NCBI RefSeq assembly: GCF_036703385.1
Contig: NZ_DATNPA010000225.1
Span: forward strand, 1-22,858
Origin: Allocoleopsis sp.
GTDB taxonomy: Bacteria > Cyanobacteriota > Cyanobacteriia > Cyanobacteriales > Coleofasciculaceae
Direction: 5' to 3'
Length of the DNA stretch: 22,858 nucleotides
Of the stretch, positions 16,026 to 22,858 are shown piece after piece. The notes beneath the pieces were generated by a model. It saw only the letters and a program-made list of their open reading frames with translations, was not told the DNA's origin and ran no database searches. Numbering within the stretch: position 1 is the stretch's first letter; every line of letters begins with the position of its first letter. The translations under genes were made by a program, and so were the position numbers.

Positions 16026-17099
16026 TTGCTTAAGTCCACTCCACTGCTTCAAAACACCTCAGCCGCTGGCATGGTCAAGCTTTGGGCACAGCGCTATGTC
16101 CCCGACTTATCAATTCTGTCTGCAAATCAAGGTCAATTCAATGTCTCTGAGGTGATTCAAGCAGCATCCCTAGAGGGGCGAACTCAAACCGTTGGCAAGC
16201 TTCAGCGTCTACTCCAAACCAGTTGCGAATTAGCGGGTATCAAAACGAATATTCTCTTTTCTTACATTCCCAATGTCGTCAATCTATCGGAGGCTGGAAA
16301 CATTGCCCGGTCAGCCGTGCGAGTTTATGAGAAGGTACTGGACATTTATCAGCAGCAGTCGTCTCCCATCGTTGCACAAGAGGCCCAACTCCAGGCTGGG
16401 GAAGCCCTGCCTCAATGGGTGAGACAAGCGATCGAGCTACCCGATATTCAACAGTTGGCTCTTAAGCTTGAACCTGAATTACTCCAACTTCAGGAACAAC
16501 ATCTATTGACTCAGGATCAGCGCAGTCGTGGCTTTCTCTCCACCCACTTTCATTTGAGTACGAAACAAATTCTCAATCGACTCACACTACCTGAGCAAGT
16601 CTTGCTTAGCCCCTACTTCAAGTTTATCGAAGAGCAAGTTTGCATCCCCTGGCAGCGAGTATGCGCCGCTGCGGCGCAGCATCCAGGGGACTCCCCGACT
16701 CTGGCACTCGTGGAGCAACTACTACCACAAGCAGAAGAAATCGCGTTAGCCGTCTACCACCGCTGTGTGGAACAGTATCCCCATTATCAAAGCTATCGGG
16801 GAAACCTCAGCGAATCGGGGGTTGCTGCCTCTACCCTCCGAGACTTGAATATGTTCCAAGGCTATCTCTGGCTGTGTGTACTGGAAAAGAGCCTGGATGC
16901 AGTGGAGCAGGAATTGCTGCCTTTGTGCCAGATGGTTTTTCCTAGTGTGGAAGTCAAAGGAGAATTCGTCGAATCGATATTACAGTTGTTATTCGAGACG
17001 ATTTTAACCCGTGTGGATTCTGAACAAAAATTTTGGGTAAAGTCTTATACTTTGGCGATACAGCAGATCTTTACTAATTTTGAGGCCAACCTGAAATAG
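16026..17099 (+). CDS. Hypothetical protein (357 aa). The start is uncertain: TTG at 16026, or ATG at about 16071.
   Basis: A long ORF on the same strand as its neighbours. There is weak, unverified resemblance to phycobiliprotein/globin-like helices (for example TLRDLNMFQGYLWLCV versus the CxRDxxYYLRxxxYC region) without the bilin-binding Cys. Confidence 0.6.
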   Translation: MLKSTPLLQNTSAAGMVKLWAQRYVPDLSILSANQGQFNVSEVIQAASLEGRTQTVGKLQRLLQTSCELAGIKTNILFSYIPNVVNLSEAGNIARSAVRVYEKVLDIYQQQSSPIVAQEAQLQAGEALPQWVRQAIELPDIQQLALKLEPELLQLQEQHLLTQDQRSRGFLSTHFHLSTKQILNRLTLPEQVLLSPYFKFIEEQVCIPWQRVCAAAAQHPGDSPTLALVEQLLPQAEEIALAVYHRCVEQYPHYQSYRGNLSESGVAASTLRDLNMFQGYLWLCVLEKSLDAVEQELLPLCQMVFPSVEVKGEFVESILQLLFETILTRVDSEQKFWVKSYTLAIQQIFTNFEANLK

Positions 17100-17104
17100 A
17101 CCTT

Positions 17105-17159
17105 TCCGGAAATTAGGGCGAAACTCTTGCTCGGTCTGCATTGAATCTTAATTTCCGGA
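17105..17159. terminator. long-loop stem-loop (TCCGGAAATTA / TAATTTCCGGA, 11-bp stem) directly after the stop of the 16026..17099 gene
   Basis: An inverted repeat seen in the sequence, located in the 203-bp gap before the HypX-like gene. Confidence 0.35.
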
Positions 17160-17302
17160 TAAGTCTATTGTGTTTTTTTGCGGAGGCTTACTGATGAGTC
17201 TTTGTCTGTCAGTAAAAATTTTATGACCACTTTGCAAGTCAATAGAGTGAGAAAAAATTGCTTTTATAGTTAACCAAAGTACCTAACAGAAGGAGGATAA
17301 AG

Positions 17303-19084
17303 ATGCGAATCTTATTGCTATCGAACGCTTACAATAGTTTGACGCAACGCATCCATGTAGAGCTTGCTTATCAGGGTCACAACGTTTCTGTTGAACTCAC
17401 TTTGAATACTCAAGTTATGGCTGAAGCGGTTGAGCTATACCAGCCCAATTTGATTATTGCCTCTTTCGTAAAAATGGCAATCCCTGAAGTAATTTGGCGT
17501 CGCTATATCTGTATCATTATCCATCCTGGAATTAAAGGCGATCGAGGCCCATCTTCTCTAGATTGGGCTATCCTGACTGATGCAGAAGAGTGGGGTGTAA
17601 CGGCATTACAAGCAACGGGAGAAATGGATGCGGGTGATATCTGGTCATCCGTTAATTTCAAGATGCCATCCCGGAGTAAAAGTTCTGTGTATAGAACTGA
17701 AGTGGCTGAGGCCGCAATCCAGGCTATTTTAGAAACAATTGAACGTTTTGAAAGCGGACATTTTATTCCTGAGCCGTTGGATTATAGCCGAGAGGATGTT
17801 AAGGGTTGTCTACGTCCATACATGAAACAAGAGGTGAGAGGCATTGATTGGGCTTCAGACTCAGCCTCTACAATTGTTAAAAAAATTCGTGCTGCTGATA
17901 GTCAACCCGGTGTACTCGATACAATCGACGGAGAAGCTTATTACCTATATGGCGCACATCAAGAAGATACGTTGAAAGGAACTCCCGGTGAAATTATTGC
18001 TCAACAACATGGTGCGATTTGTCGGGCAACAGTCGATGGTGCTGTTTGGATATCCCATCTTAAACAGAAAAAACGAGGAGAGCAATCGTTTTTCAAATTG
18101 CCCGCAGCGATGGTGTTAAGTGAGTCTTTAAAAGATATTCCCGAATTAACTCGGTCTCTAAAACTTTCTTCCACTTGCAAAACTTATAAGGAAATATGGT
18201 ACGAAGAGAAGAACGATGTAGGATATCTACATTTTGACTTCTATAATGGTGCCATGAGTGCTGACCAGTGTAATCGCTTGAAGACAGCTTTTCTTAATGT
18301 CTGCACTCATCCAACCAAAGTGATTGTTTTAATGGGAGGACAAGATTTTTGGTCAAATGGAATTCATTTGAATATGATTGAAGCGTCAGAAAATCCTGCT
18401 GATGAATCTTGGCGTAATATCAATGCTATGAATGACCTTGTTCTGTCAATTTTGACTGCAACAACCCATTTAGTCCTTGCTGCAATGCAAGGAAATGCAG
18501 CAGCCGGGGGCGTTATGTTAGCTTTAGCGGCGGATCAAGTTTATGCCCGCCGTGGTATTGTTTTGAATCCCCACTACAAACGGATGGGATTGTACGGTTC
18601 GGAGTATTGGACTTATTCACTCCCTAAGCGTGTCGGTCATAAAAAAGCGCTGGAACTGACCAATAATTGCCTACCGATGAGTACAAAAGTTGCTCAAGAA
18701 ATAGGACTCATTGATGATTGCTTTGGTCAGAGTATCGTTAGTTTTCGGCAGCAGATTGAGGCGATCGCCCAAGGTATGGCTCAAAGTCCAGATTACGAGC
18801 ATAGATTGGCTTTGAAGAGAGAGATGCGACTCACAGATGAGCGCTGTAAACCTCTCGAAGATTATAGAAAAGAAGAATTGGAGCAAATGAAACTAAATTT
18901 CTATAGCTCCGAGCAAAGTTATCATGTTGCTCGTCGTAATTTTGTTTATAAAATTACTCCTTCAGAGACTCCCCTACACTTAGCAAAGCATCGCCAATTT
19001 AGTCACCCATCAGAAAAGTGCGCGGTCGTTTTGCCGAATGCAAAAACTTCGCAGAAGAGTACACTAGGCTTTCTTCATAGGTGA
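17303..19084 (+). CDS. hypX: HypX/HoxX-like protein: N-terminal N10-formyl-THF formyltransferase-like domain fused to a C-terminal enoyl-CoA hydratase (crotonase)-like domain
   Basis: 593 aa. The N-terminus MRILLLSNAYNSLTQRIHVELAYQGHNVSVE...IIIHPGIKGDRGPSSLDWAIL matches the formyltransferase fold (HPG...DRG). The C-terminus VIVLMGGQDFWSNGIHLNMI...AAMQGNAAAGGVMLALAADQVYA...LNPHYKRMGLYGSEYWTYSLP matches the crotonase fold. Length and domain order are those of HypX. A strong SD (AAGGAGG) lies 8 nt upstream. Confidence 0.75.
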   Translation: MRILLLSNAYNSLTQRIHVELAYQGHNVSVELTLNTQVMAEAVELYQPNLIIASFVKMAIPEVIWRRYICIIIHPGIKGDRGPSSLDWAILTDAEEWGVTALQATGEMDAGDIWSSVNFKMPSRSKSSVYRTEVAEAAIQAILETIERFESGHFIPEPLDYSREDVKGCLRPYMKQEVRGIDWASDSASTIVKKIRAADSQPGVLDTIDGEAYYLYGAHQEDTLKGTPGEIIAQQHGAICRATVDGAVWISHLKQKKRGEQSFFKLPAAMVLSESLKDIPELTRSLKLSSTCKTYKEIWYEEKNDVGYLHFDFYNGAMSADQCNRLKTAFLNVCTHPTKVIVLMGGQDFWSNGIHLNMIEASENPADESWRNINAMNDLVLSILTATTHLVLAAMQGNAAAGGVMLALAADQVYARRGIVLNPHYKRMGLYGSEYWTYSLPKRVGHKKALELTNNCLPMSTKVAQEIGLIDDCFGQSIVSFRQQIEAIAQGMAQSPDYEHRLALKREMRLTDERCKPLEDYRKEELEQMKLNFYSSEQSYHVARRNFVYKITPSETPLHLAKHRQFSHPSEKCAVVLPNAKTSQKSTLGFLHR

Positions 19085-19149
19085 GCATAAATATCAGATT
19101 TTGTTGCTTGGAATCGGGTCAGTTTTTTCTGCTCAATCCCTAGCAATTT

Positions 19150-21528
19150 TTATTGCACCCGTTGTAATGTTGCTCGAGTTGGGTCGAGAATTTTCTGACC
19201 GAGACCAGGGAATTTAACAGCAATACTGATTTTATTCCCCGAACCAAAAATGTGGGTGACTTCGCCTGTCCCAAAGGTATCGTGAATTAGCAACTCCCCA
19301 ACTCTCCAATCCTGGGACTGTTTGGTTGAGCGTTTGGTTTGGGTTGAAGGTTGCTCTTGAGCCGGTTGAAGGTTGTTTTCTGAACCTTCAACCTTCAACT
19401 TTCCAACTTTCAACTCCTTAACCTTCAATTTATGGGTGCTGCTGACTAAGTCTTTAGGTAATTCCTCAAGAAACTGCGATCGCACAGCGGGTTCTCGATT
19501 CCCATACAGGCGTCTCTCACGCGCATGGGAGAGAAATAGCTGTTCCTGAGCACGGGTAATTCCTACATAACAAAGACGGCGTTCTTCTTCCAAAGAAGCC
19601 GGGTCATCCATTGAGCGATAGTTGGGAAATAGCCCCTGTTCTAACCCGACCAAAAAGACAACCGGAAACTCCAATCCTTTTGCCGAGTGCAGCGTCATCA
19701 AAGATACAGTTTTTTGTCCATCTTTTAAGTCATCCAAGTCAGAAGCAAGGGAAGCATTCGCCAAGAAACCTTCTAAACTTGTGTCTTCGTTTTCTTCCTG
19801 AAATTGGAGGACAGCGTTATAAAGTTCAGAGATGTTTTCCAACCGATTTTCGGCTTCATCAGTCCCTTGTTTGGTCAAGTCTTCAATATAACCCGACTCT
19901 TCCATAATTCCCTTGACAATTTCAGCCGCTGTAAGATTCTCGATTTGCTGCTGCCACCGCTGAATAATTTCGGCAAAGCTGTTGACTCCCTTGGCTGAAC
20001 GTCCTGCGAGAGTACTCACTGAAGTTTGGTCGCTGAGAATTTCCCACAGCGATATATTTAATTCTTGAGCAGCCCCCAGCAGTCGGTCAATAGTGGCTTG
20101 ACCGATGCCGCGTCGAGGGGTGTTAATGATGCGTAGGAGGCTGACGGTATCATCTGGATTTGCGATCGCTCTTAAATAAGCCAGAGAATCTTTAATTTCT
20201 TTGCGATCGTAGAACTTCAGCCCACCCACAATAACATAAGGAACTTTACCCCGCAGGGCATCCTCAAACGGGCGAGATTGGGCATTCGTGCGGTAAAGGA
20301 TCGCAAAACTTCCCCAGTCGAGTTCTGGGTACTGTTGCTCCATTCGCCGGATTTGATTGATTACAAAGTGCGCTTCTTCTACCTCATCATCTGCTTTGTG
20401 AACATAAATCTGTTCCCCTAACCCGCGTGTAGGTCTTAGTACTTTATCGATACGCTGGGTATTATTTTCAATCAGGTAATTAGCCGCTTGGAGAATGTTT
20501 TCCCTAGAGCGATAATTTTCCTCCAATTTCACCATCGTGCGGGTATCTTCATCGGGTAATCCATCTCCAAAATCTTGCTGAAATTCCAATAATATGGTAA
20601 AATCAGCCATCCTAAATGAATAGATGGATTGGTCGGCGTCACCCACTACAAAAATTGAGCGATCTTTCCAATTCCATTCACTTTTCTGTGTCTCTCCATT
20701 CGTGCTTAATAGGCGAATTAAGTCATATTGAATCCGGTTCGTGTCCTGGTATTCATCCACCAAAATATGACGGAATTGCTGATGCCAATAGCCCAAGACG
20801 GTTTCATTCTGTTGAAATAGTTTAACTGGGACTAAAATCAAGTCATCAAAGTCGAGGGCGTTGTTGCTAGCTAGCTGGTTTTGGTAATGGCTATAGACTT
20901 CGGCAATCACTCGCCCCTTATAACCAGTTTGCTCTTTCTCAACATCTTGGGGAGATAAGCCCTGATTTTTGGCATTACTGATGGCGTAGCGGACTTTCCG
21001 GGGGTCAAATTTTTTGTCATCCAAGTTTAATTGTTTGGTGACGATGTTTTTGACGAGACTTTGGGCATCGGATTCATCAAAGATGGAAAAGTTCCGGTTC
21101 CACTGATGTTTTTGTTCGTCTTGATATTTATTGACATCGAGGCGGAGAATCCGAGCAAAGAGGCTGTGGAAGGTACCAATCCACAACGGTTTGATATATT
21201 TTTTGTAAACGCGCGATCGCAACTGGGTTTGTTCTTCCTCTGACAGTAATTCCAGTCGTTGCCCGTGTTTTGAAAGCGCCATCTGCTGAGCAAATATCGT
21301 CTCAATGCGGGTTTTCATCTCCCGTGCCGCTTTGTTGGTAAAAGTTACCGCCAGGATGTTTTCGGGATTGACCTTGTGAGTGAGAATGAGATTGGCGATT
21401 CGATAGGTTAGTGCCCTCGTCTTGCCGGAACCTGCGCCAGCAACCACCAGCAAGGGGCCACAGAAATGTTCGACGGCACGACGTTGAGAGGGGTTGAGGT
21501 GGCTGAGGAAGTCAGTGGTTTGAGTCAT
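19150..21528 (-). CDS. pcrA: ATP-dependent DNA helicase PcrA/UvrD family (SF1), with a C-terminal Tudor-like domain
   Basis: Walker A (VVAGAGSGKTRALTYRIA), the TFTNKAAREM motif, DEYQDTN and other SF1 motifs. A C-terminal WRVGELLIHDTFGTGEV region is typical of the PcrA C-terminal domain. Confidence 0.9.
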   Translation of the reverse strand: MTQTTDFLSHLNPSQRRAVEHFCGPLLVVAGAGSGKTRALTYRIANLILTHKVNPENILAVTFTNKAAREMKTRIETIFAQQMALSKHGQRLELLSEEEQTQLRSRVYKKYIKPLWIGTFHSLFARILRLDVNKYQDEQKHQWNRNFSIFDESDAQSLVKNIVTKQLNLDDKKFDPRKVRYAISNAKNQGLSPQDVEKEQTGYKGRVIAEVYSHYQNQLASNNALDFDDLILVPVKLFQQNETVLGYWHQQFRHILVDEYQDTNRIQYDLIRLLSTNGETQKSEWNWKDRSIFVVGDADQSIYSFRMADFTILLEFQQDFGDGLPDEDTRTMVKLEENYRSRENILQAANYLIENNTQRIDKVLRPTRGLGEQIYVHKADDEVEEAHFVINQIRRMEQQYPELDWGSFAILYRTNAQSRPFEDALRGKVPYVIVGGLKFYDRKEIKDSLAYLRAIANPDDTVSLLRIINTPRRGIGQATIDRLLGAAQELNISLWEILSDQTSVSTLAGRSAKGVNSFAEIIQRWQQQIENLTAAEIVKGIMEESGYIEDLTKQGTDEAENRLENISELYNAVLQFQEENEDTSLEGFLANASLASDLDDLKDGQKTVSLMTLHSAKGLEFPVVFLVGLEQGLFPNYRSMDDPASLEEERRLCYVGITRAQEQLFLSHARERRLYGNREPAVRSQFLEELPKDLVSSTHKLKVKELKVGKLKVEGSENNLQPAQEQPSTQTKRSTKQSQDWRVGELLIHDTFGTGEVTHIFGSGNKISIAVKFPGLGQKILDPTRATLQRVQ
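19341..19432. repeat. GTTGAAGGTTG motif copies (19341, 19365), an 11-bp-stem hairpin (19365..19393), and about 6 degenerate tandem CCTTCAA heptamers (19384..19430), all inside the pcrA linker coding region
   Basis: Read directly: GGTTGAAGGTT-GTTTTCTG-AACCTTCAACC, then ccttcaa ccttcaa ctttccaa ctttcaa ctcctta accttcaa. Encodes LKVKELKVGKLKVEGSENNLQPAQEQPSTQ on the minus strand. Confidence 0.7.
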
Positions 21529-21676
21529 GACGGCGTGAGGGGACAGGGCGAGGTCTTAGCAAGAGAGTCTATTCTAGTCAAGGGTATCGTATCTTGGTAG
21601 CAGACTGTAGGGGTAAGATGCGATTAGCTGAAGCTACTGTTGTGAGGGGGCGATCGCAGAATTTGTAGAGTTGTAG

Positions 21677-21744
21677 GGTGGGTTACGGCTACGCCTAACC
21701 CACCAAAGTTTAGAGATGGTACGTTACGCTGTCGCTAACGTACC
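21677..21744. promoter_or_regulatory. two adjacent similar stem-loops (GGTGGGTTA-cggctacgcc-TAACCCACC and GGTACGTTA-cgctgtcgc-TAACGTACC) in the divergent pcrA / deoxyribosyltransferase promoter region
   Basis: Two 9-bp perfect stems with GC-rich 9-10 nt loops, 13 nt apart. They lie about 150-215 nt upstream of the pcrA start. Confidence 0.45.
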
Positions 21745-21863
21745 CTACGAACTGCAAATTCCAGTCTGTTGGCAATTGGTTAGCATTTAGTCTTGCTGCG
21801 TCTCCTCCGGAATAGCCTGCAATCCTTTTGAATTGAGATTTAGGAAAGTATATAAGTCCACTG

Positions 21864-22346
21864 ATGCTCATTTACTTTGCAGCACCCCTATTTTCACAAG
21901 CCGAATGCCGCTTTAACCAGTGCCTCACTGAGAAACTGGAGGTGCTTGGTTATCAAGTGTTCTTGCCACAGCGCGATGGTGTAGAGCGTGATAAGCCACC
22001 TTATGACAAGATGACAAAAGAAGAACGCAGATCGGCAATGTTTCAGCTTGATACAACAAAAATCATGGAATCTGATGTGTTTTTGTTTGTACTAGATGGT
22101 CGTGTACCTGATGAGGGAGCCTGTGTAGAACTTGGGGTAGCCTATACCCACAAGAAATTTCAGCATCCCAACAAATTTCTCATTGGTTTGCATACTGATG
22201 CTCGCTCTGCATTTATAGGCTCAAAACTCAATCCGATGATACGTGTCCCTTTGGAGTACATTGCACCAACTGAAAGACAATTATTGCAAGTATTAAAGCA
22301 TTATCGGAATTTCCAAACCCTAGCTGATTTTGTAGAGGAGGGTTAG
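21864..22346 (+). CDS. nucleoside 2-deoxyribosyltransferase-like protein
   Basis: 160 aa with an N-terminal IYFAAPLFSQAE motif (the IYxAxPxF signature) and a catalytic-Glu context (PDEGACVELGVAYTHKK) typical of PF05014-like proteins. Confidence 0.75.
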   Translation: MLIYFAAPLFSQAECRFNQCLTEKLEVLGYQVFLPQRDGVERDKPPYDKMTKEERRSAMFQLDTTKIMESDVFLFVLDGRVPDEGACVELGVAYTHKKFQHPNKFLIGLHTDARSAFIGSKLNPMIRVPLEYIAPTERQLLQVLKHYRNFQTLADFVEEG

Positions 22347-22440
22347 CAAATGTTAACATCGCTGCATAACCAGCGCAAGGCTTATACTTTCTACTTTTGG
22401 CTCCGTTGTTAACTGGTTACTTATTTCTGCCGCGCTGCAC

Positions 22441-22858
22441 TTAGTCATTCTTGTTACTCTTAAATCCAAGGGAACTTAGCAACTCATTCCACCGCTCAAC
22501 AGGCAAGCTACCTCCCGATGCACTATCATGTCCATGACCGTAGCTTCCTTCTCCTGGCGACAAGTCCACGTTTTGTAAAAAGTCCAGCACATTGATTCCC
22601 GATGCAGTTCTTACACTGAAGTTGACTCGCTCTAAGGTATATCCCTCATTCGCCACCATGACGATATACTTGGGCAATCGAGTGCGCCAGCTTTGGGCAA
22701 TCAGTGGGTGGATTTGACACGCTGAGTTGATACGCACCAAGGCGACATTGCCAGAAAAGACGGGTGCGGCTTTCTTGGCTTGTTCCATCGCCGCCTGCAC
22801 TTCCTTCCGCGCTTCCCTTAATTGTTCGACTTCCTGTGTGTTGGAGTTAACTAGAGAA
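22441..22858 (-). CDS. C-terminal fragment of a DHHA1-domain protein (RecJ/NrnA-like DHH phosphoesterase or AlaRS C-Ala-like); 5'-truncated, frame open to the window edge
   Basis: The reading frame continues upstream past the listed start to position 22858. The GSYGHGHDSASGG segment resembles the DHHA1 GGGHxxAAG motif near the C-terminus. Confidence 0.4.
   Translation of the reverse strand, partial: SLVNSNTQEVEQLREARKEVQAAMEQAKKAAPVFSGNVALVRINSACQIHPLIAQSWRTRLPKYIVMVANEGYTLERVNFSVRTASGINVLDFLQNVDLSPGEGSYGHGHDSASGGSLPVERWNELLSSLGFKSNKND

Noticed and set aside
16640-16945. The 101-aa Arg/Pro/Gly-rich ORF in an alternate frame inside the 16026..17099 gene
   Set aside because: It is wholly embedded in a longer ORF and has a low-complexity composition consistent with an out-of-frame artefact.
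21677-21744. The twin hairpins as a tRNA or other cloverleaf RNA gene
   Set aside because: There is no T-loop (GTTCRANYC) or acceptor/anticodon arm arrangement. They are two separate simple hairpins.
22441-22858. Naming the right-edge fragment definitively as recJ or alaS
   Set aside because: Only about 138 C-terminal residues are visible. The GHGHDSASGG motif fits DHHA1, but I cannot discriminate between RecJ/NrnA-type and AlaRS C-Ala-type from this fragment.

Overview
This is a cyanobacterial-type chromosomal window: GCGATCGC (HIP1) octamers are frequent and GC content is about 46%. Housekeeping genes frame it: the 3' end of coaE, a class V PLP enzyme, the pcrA/uvrD helicase, and a DHHA1-domain C-terminal fragment at the right edge. 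Between them lies accessory-looking content. Two tandem Uma2 (DUF820) endonuclease paralogs sit next to a short HsdR-N-like gene. A lone CheY-like receiver and a secreted clan-GH-A-like glycoside hydrolase follow. A solo tnpB (IS200/IS605, IS1341-type) element with an intact RuvC triad sits immediately 3' of a full-length major vault protein (MVP) homolog, with a structured putative omega-RNA region at its 3' end. Further along, four same-strand genes sit within about 7 kb. They are a large Cache-HAMP-GAF-HAMP methyl-accepting chemotaxis protein, a standalone 3x MHYT membrane protein (a proposed CO/O2/NO-sensing domain), an unknown 357-aa protein, and a HypX/HoxX-like formyltransferase-crotonase fusion (the aerobic CO-synthesis enzyme of [NiFe]-hydrogenase maturation). 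No hydrogenase genes are visible. I propose this block as a candidate carbon-monoxide (gas) production and sensing/taxis module. I also noted a dispersed GTTGAAGGTTG hairpin repeat that has expanded inside the pcrA linker coding region, twin hairpins in the pcrA promoter region, an 870-bp structured non-coding leader upstream of the MCP, and pyrimidine-rich TYCTGCC short repeats. All functional calls rest on motif recognition by eye; none were verified by database search.
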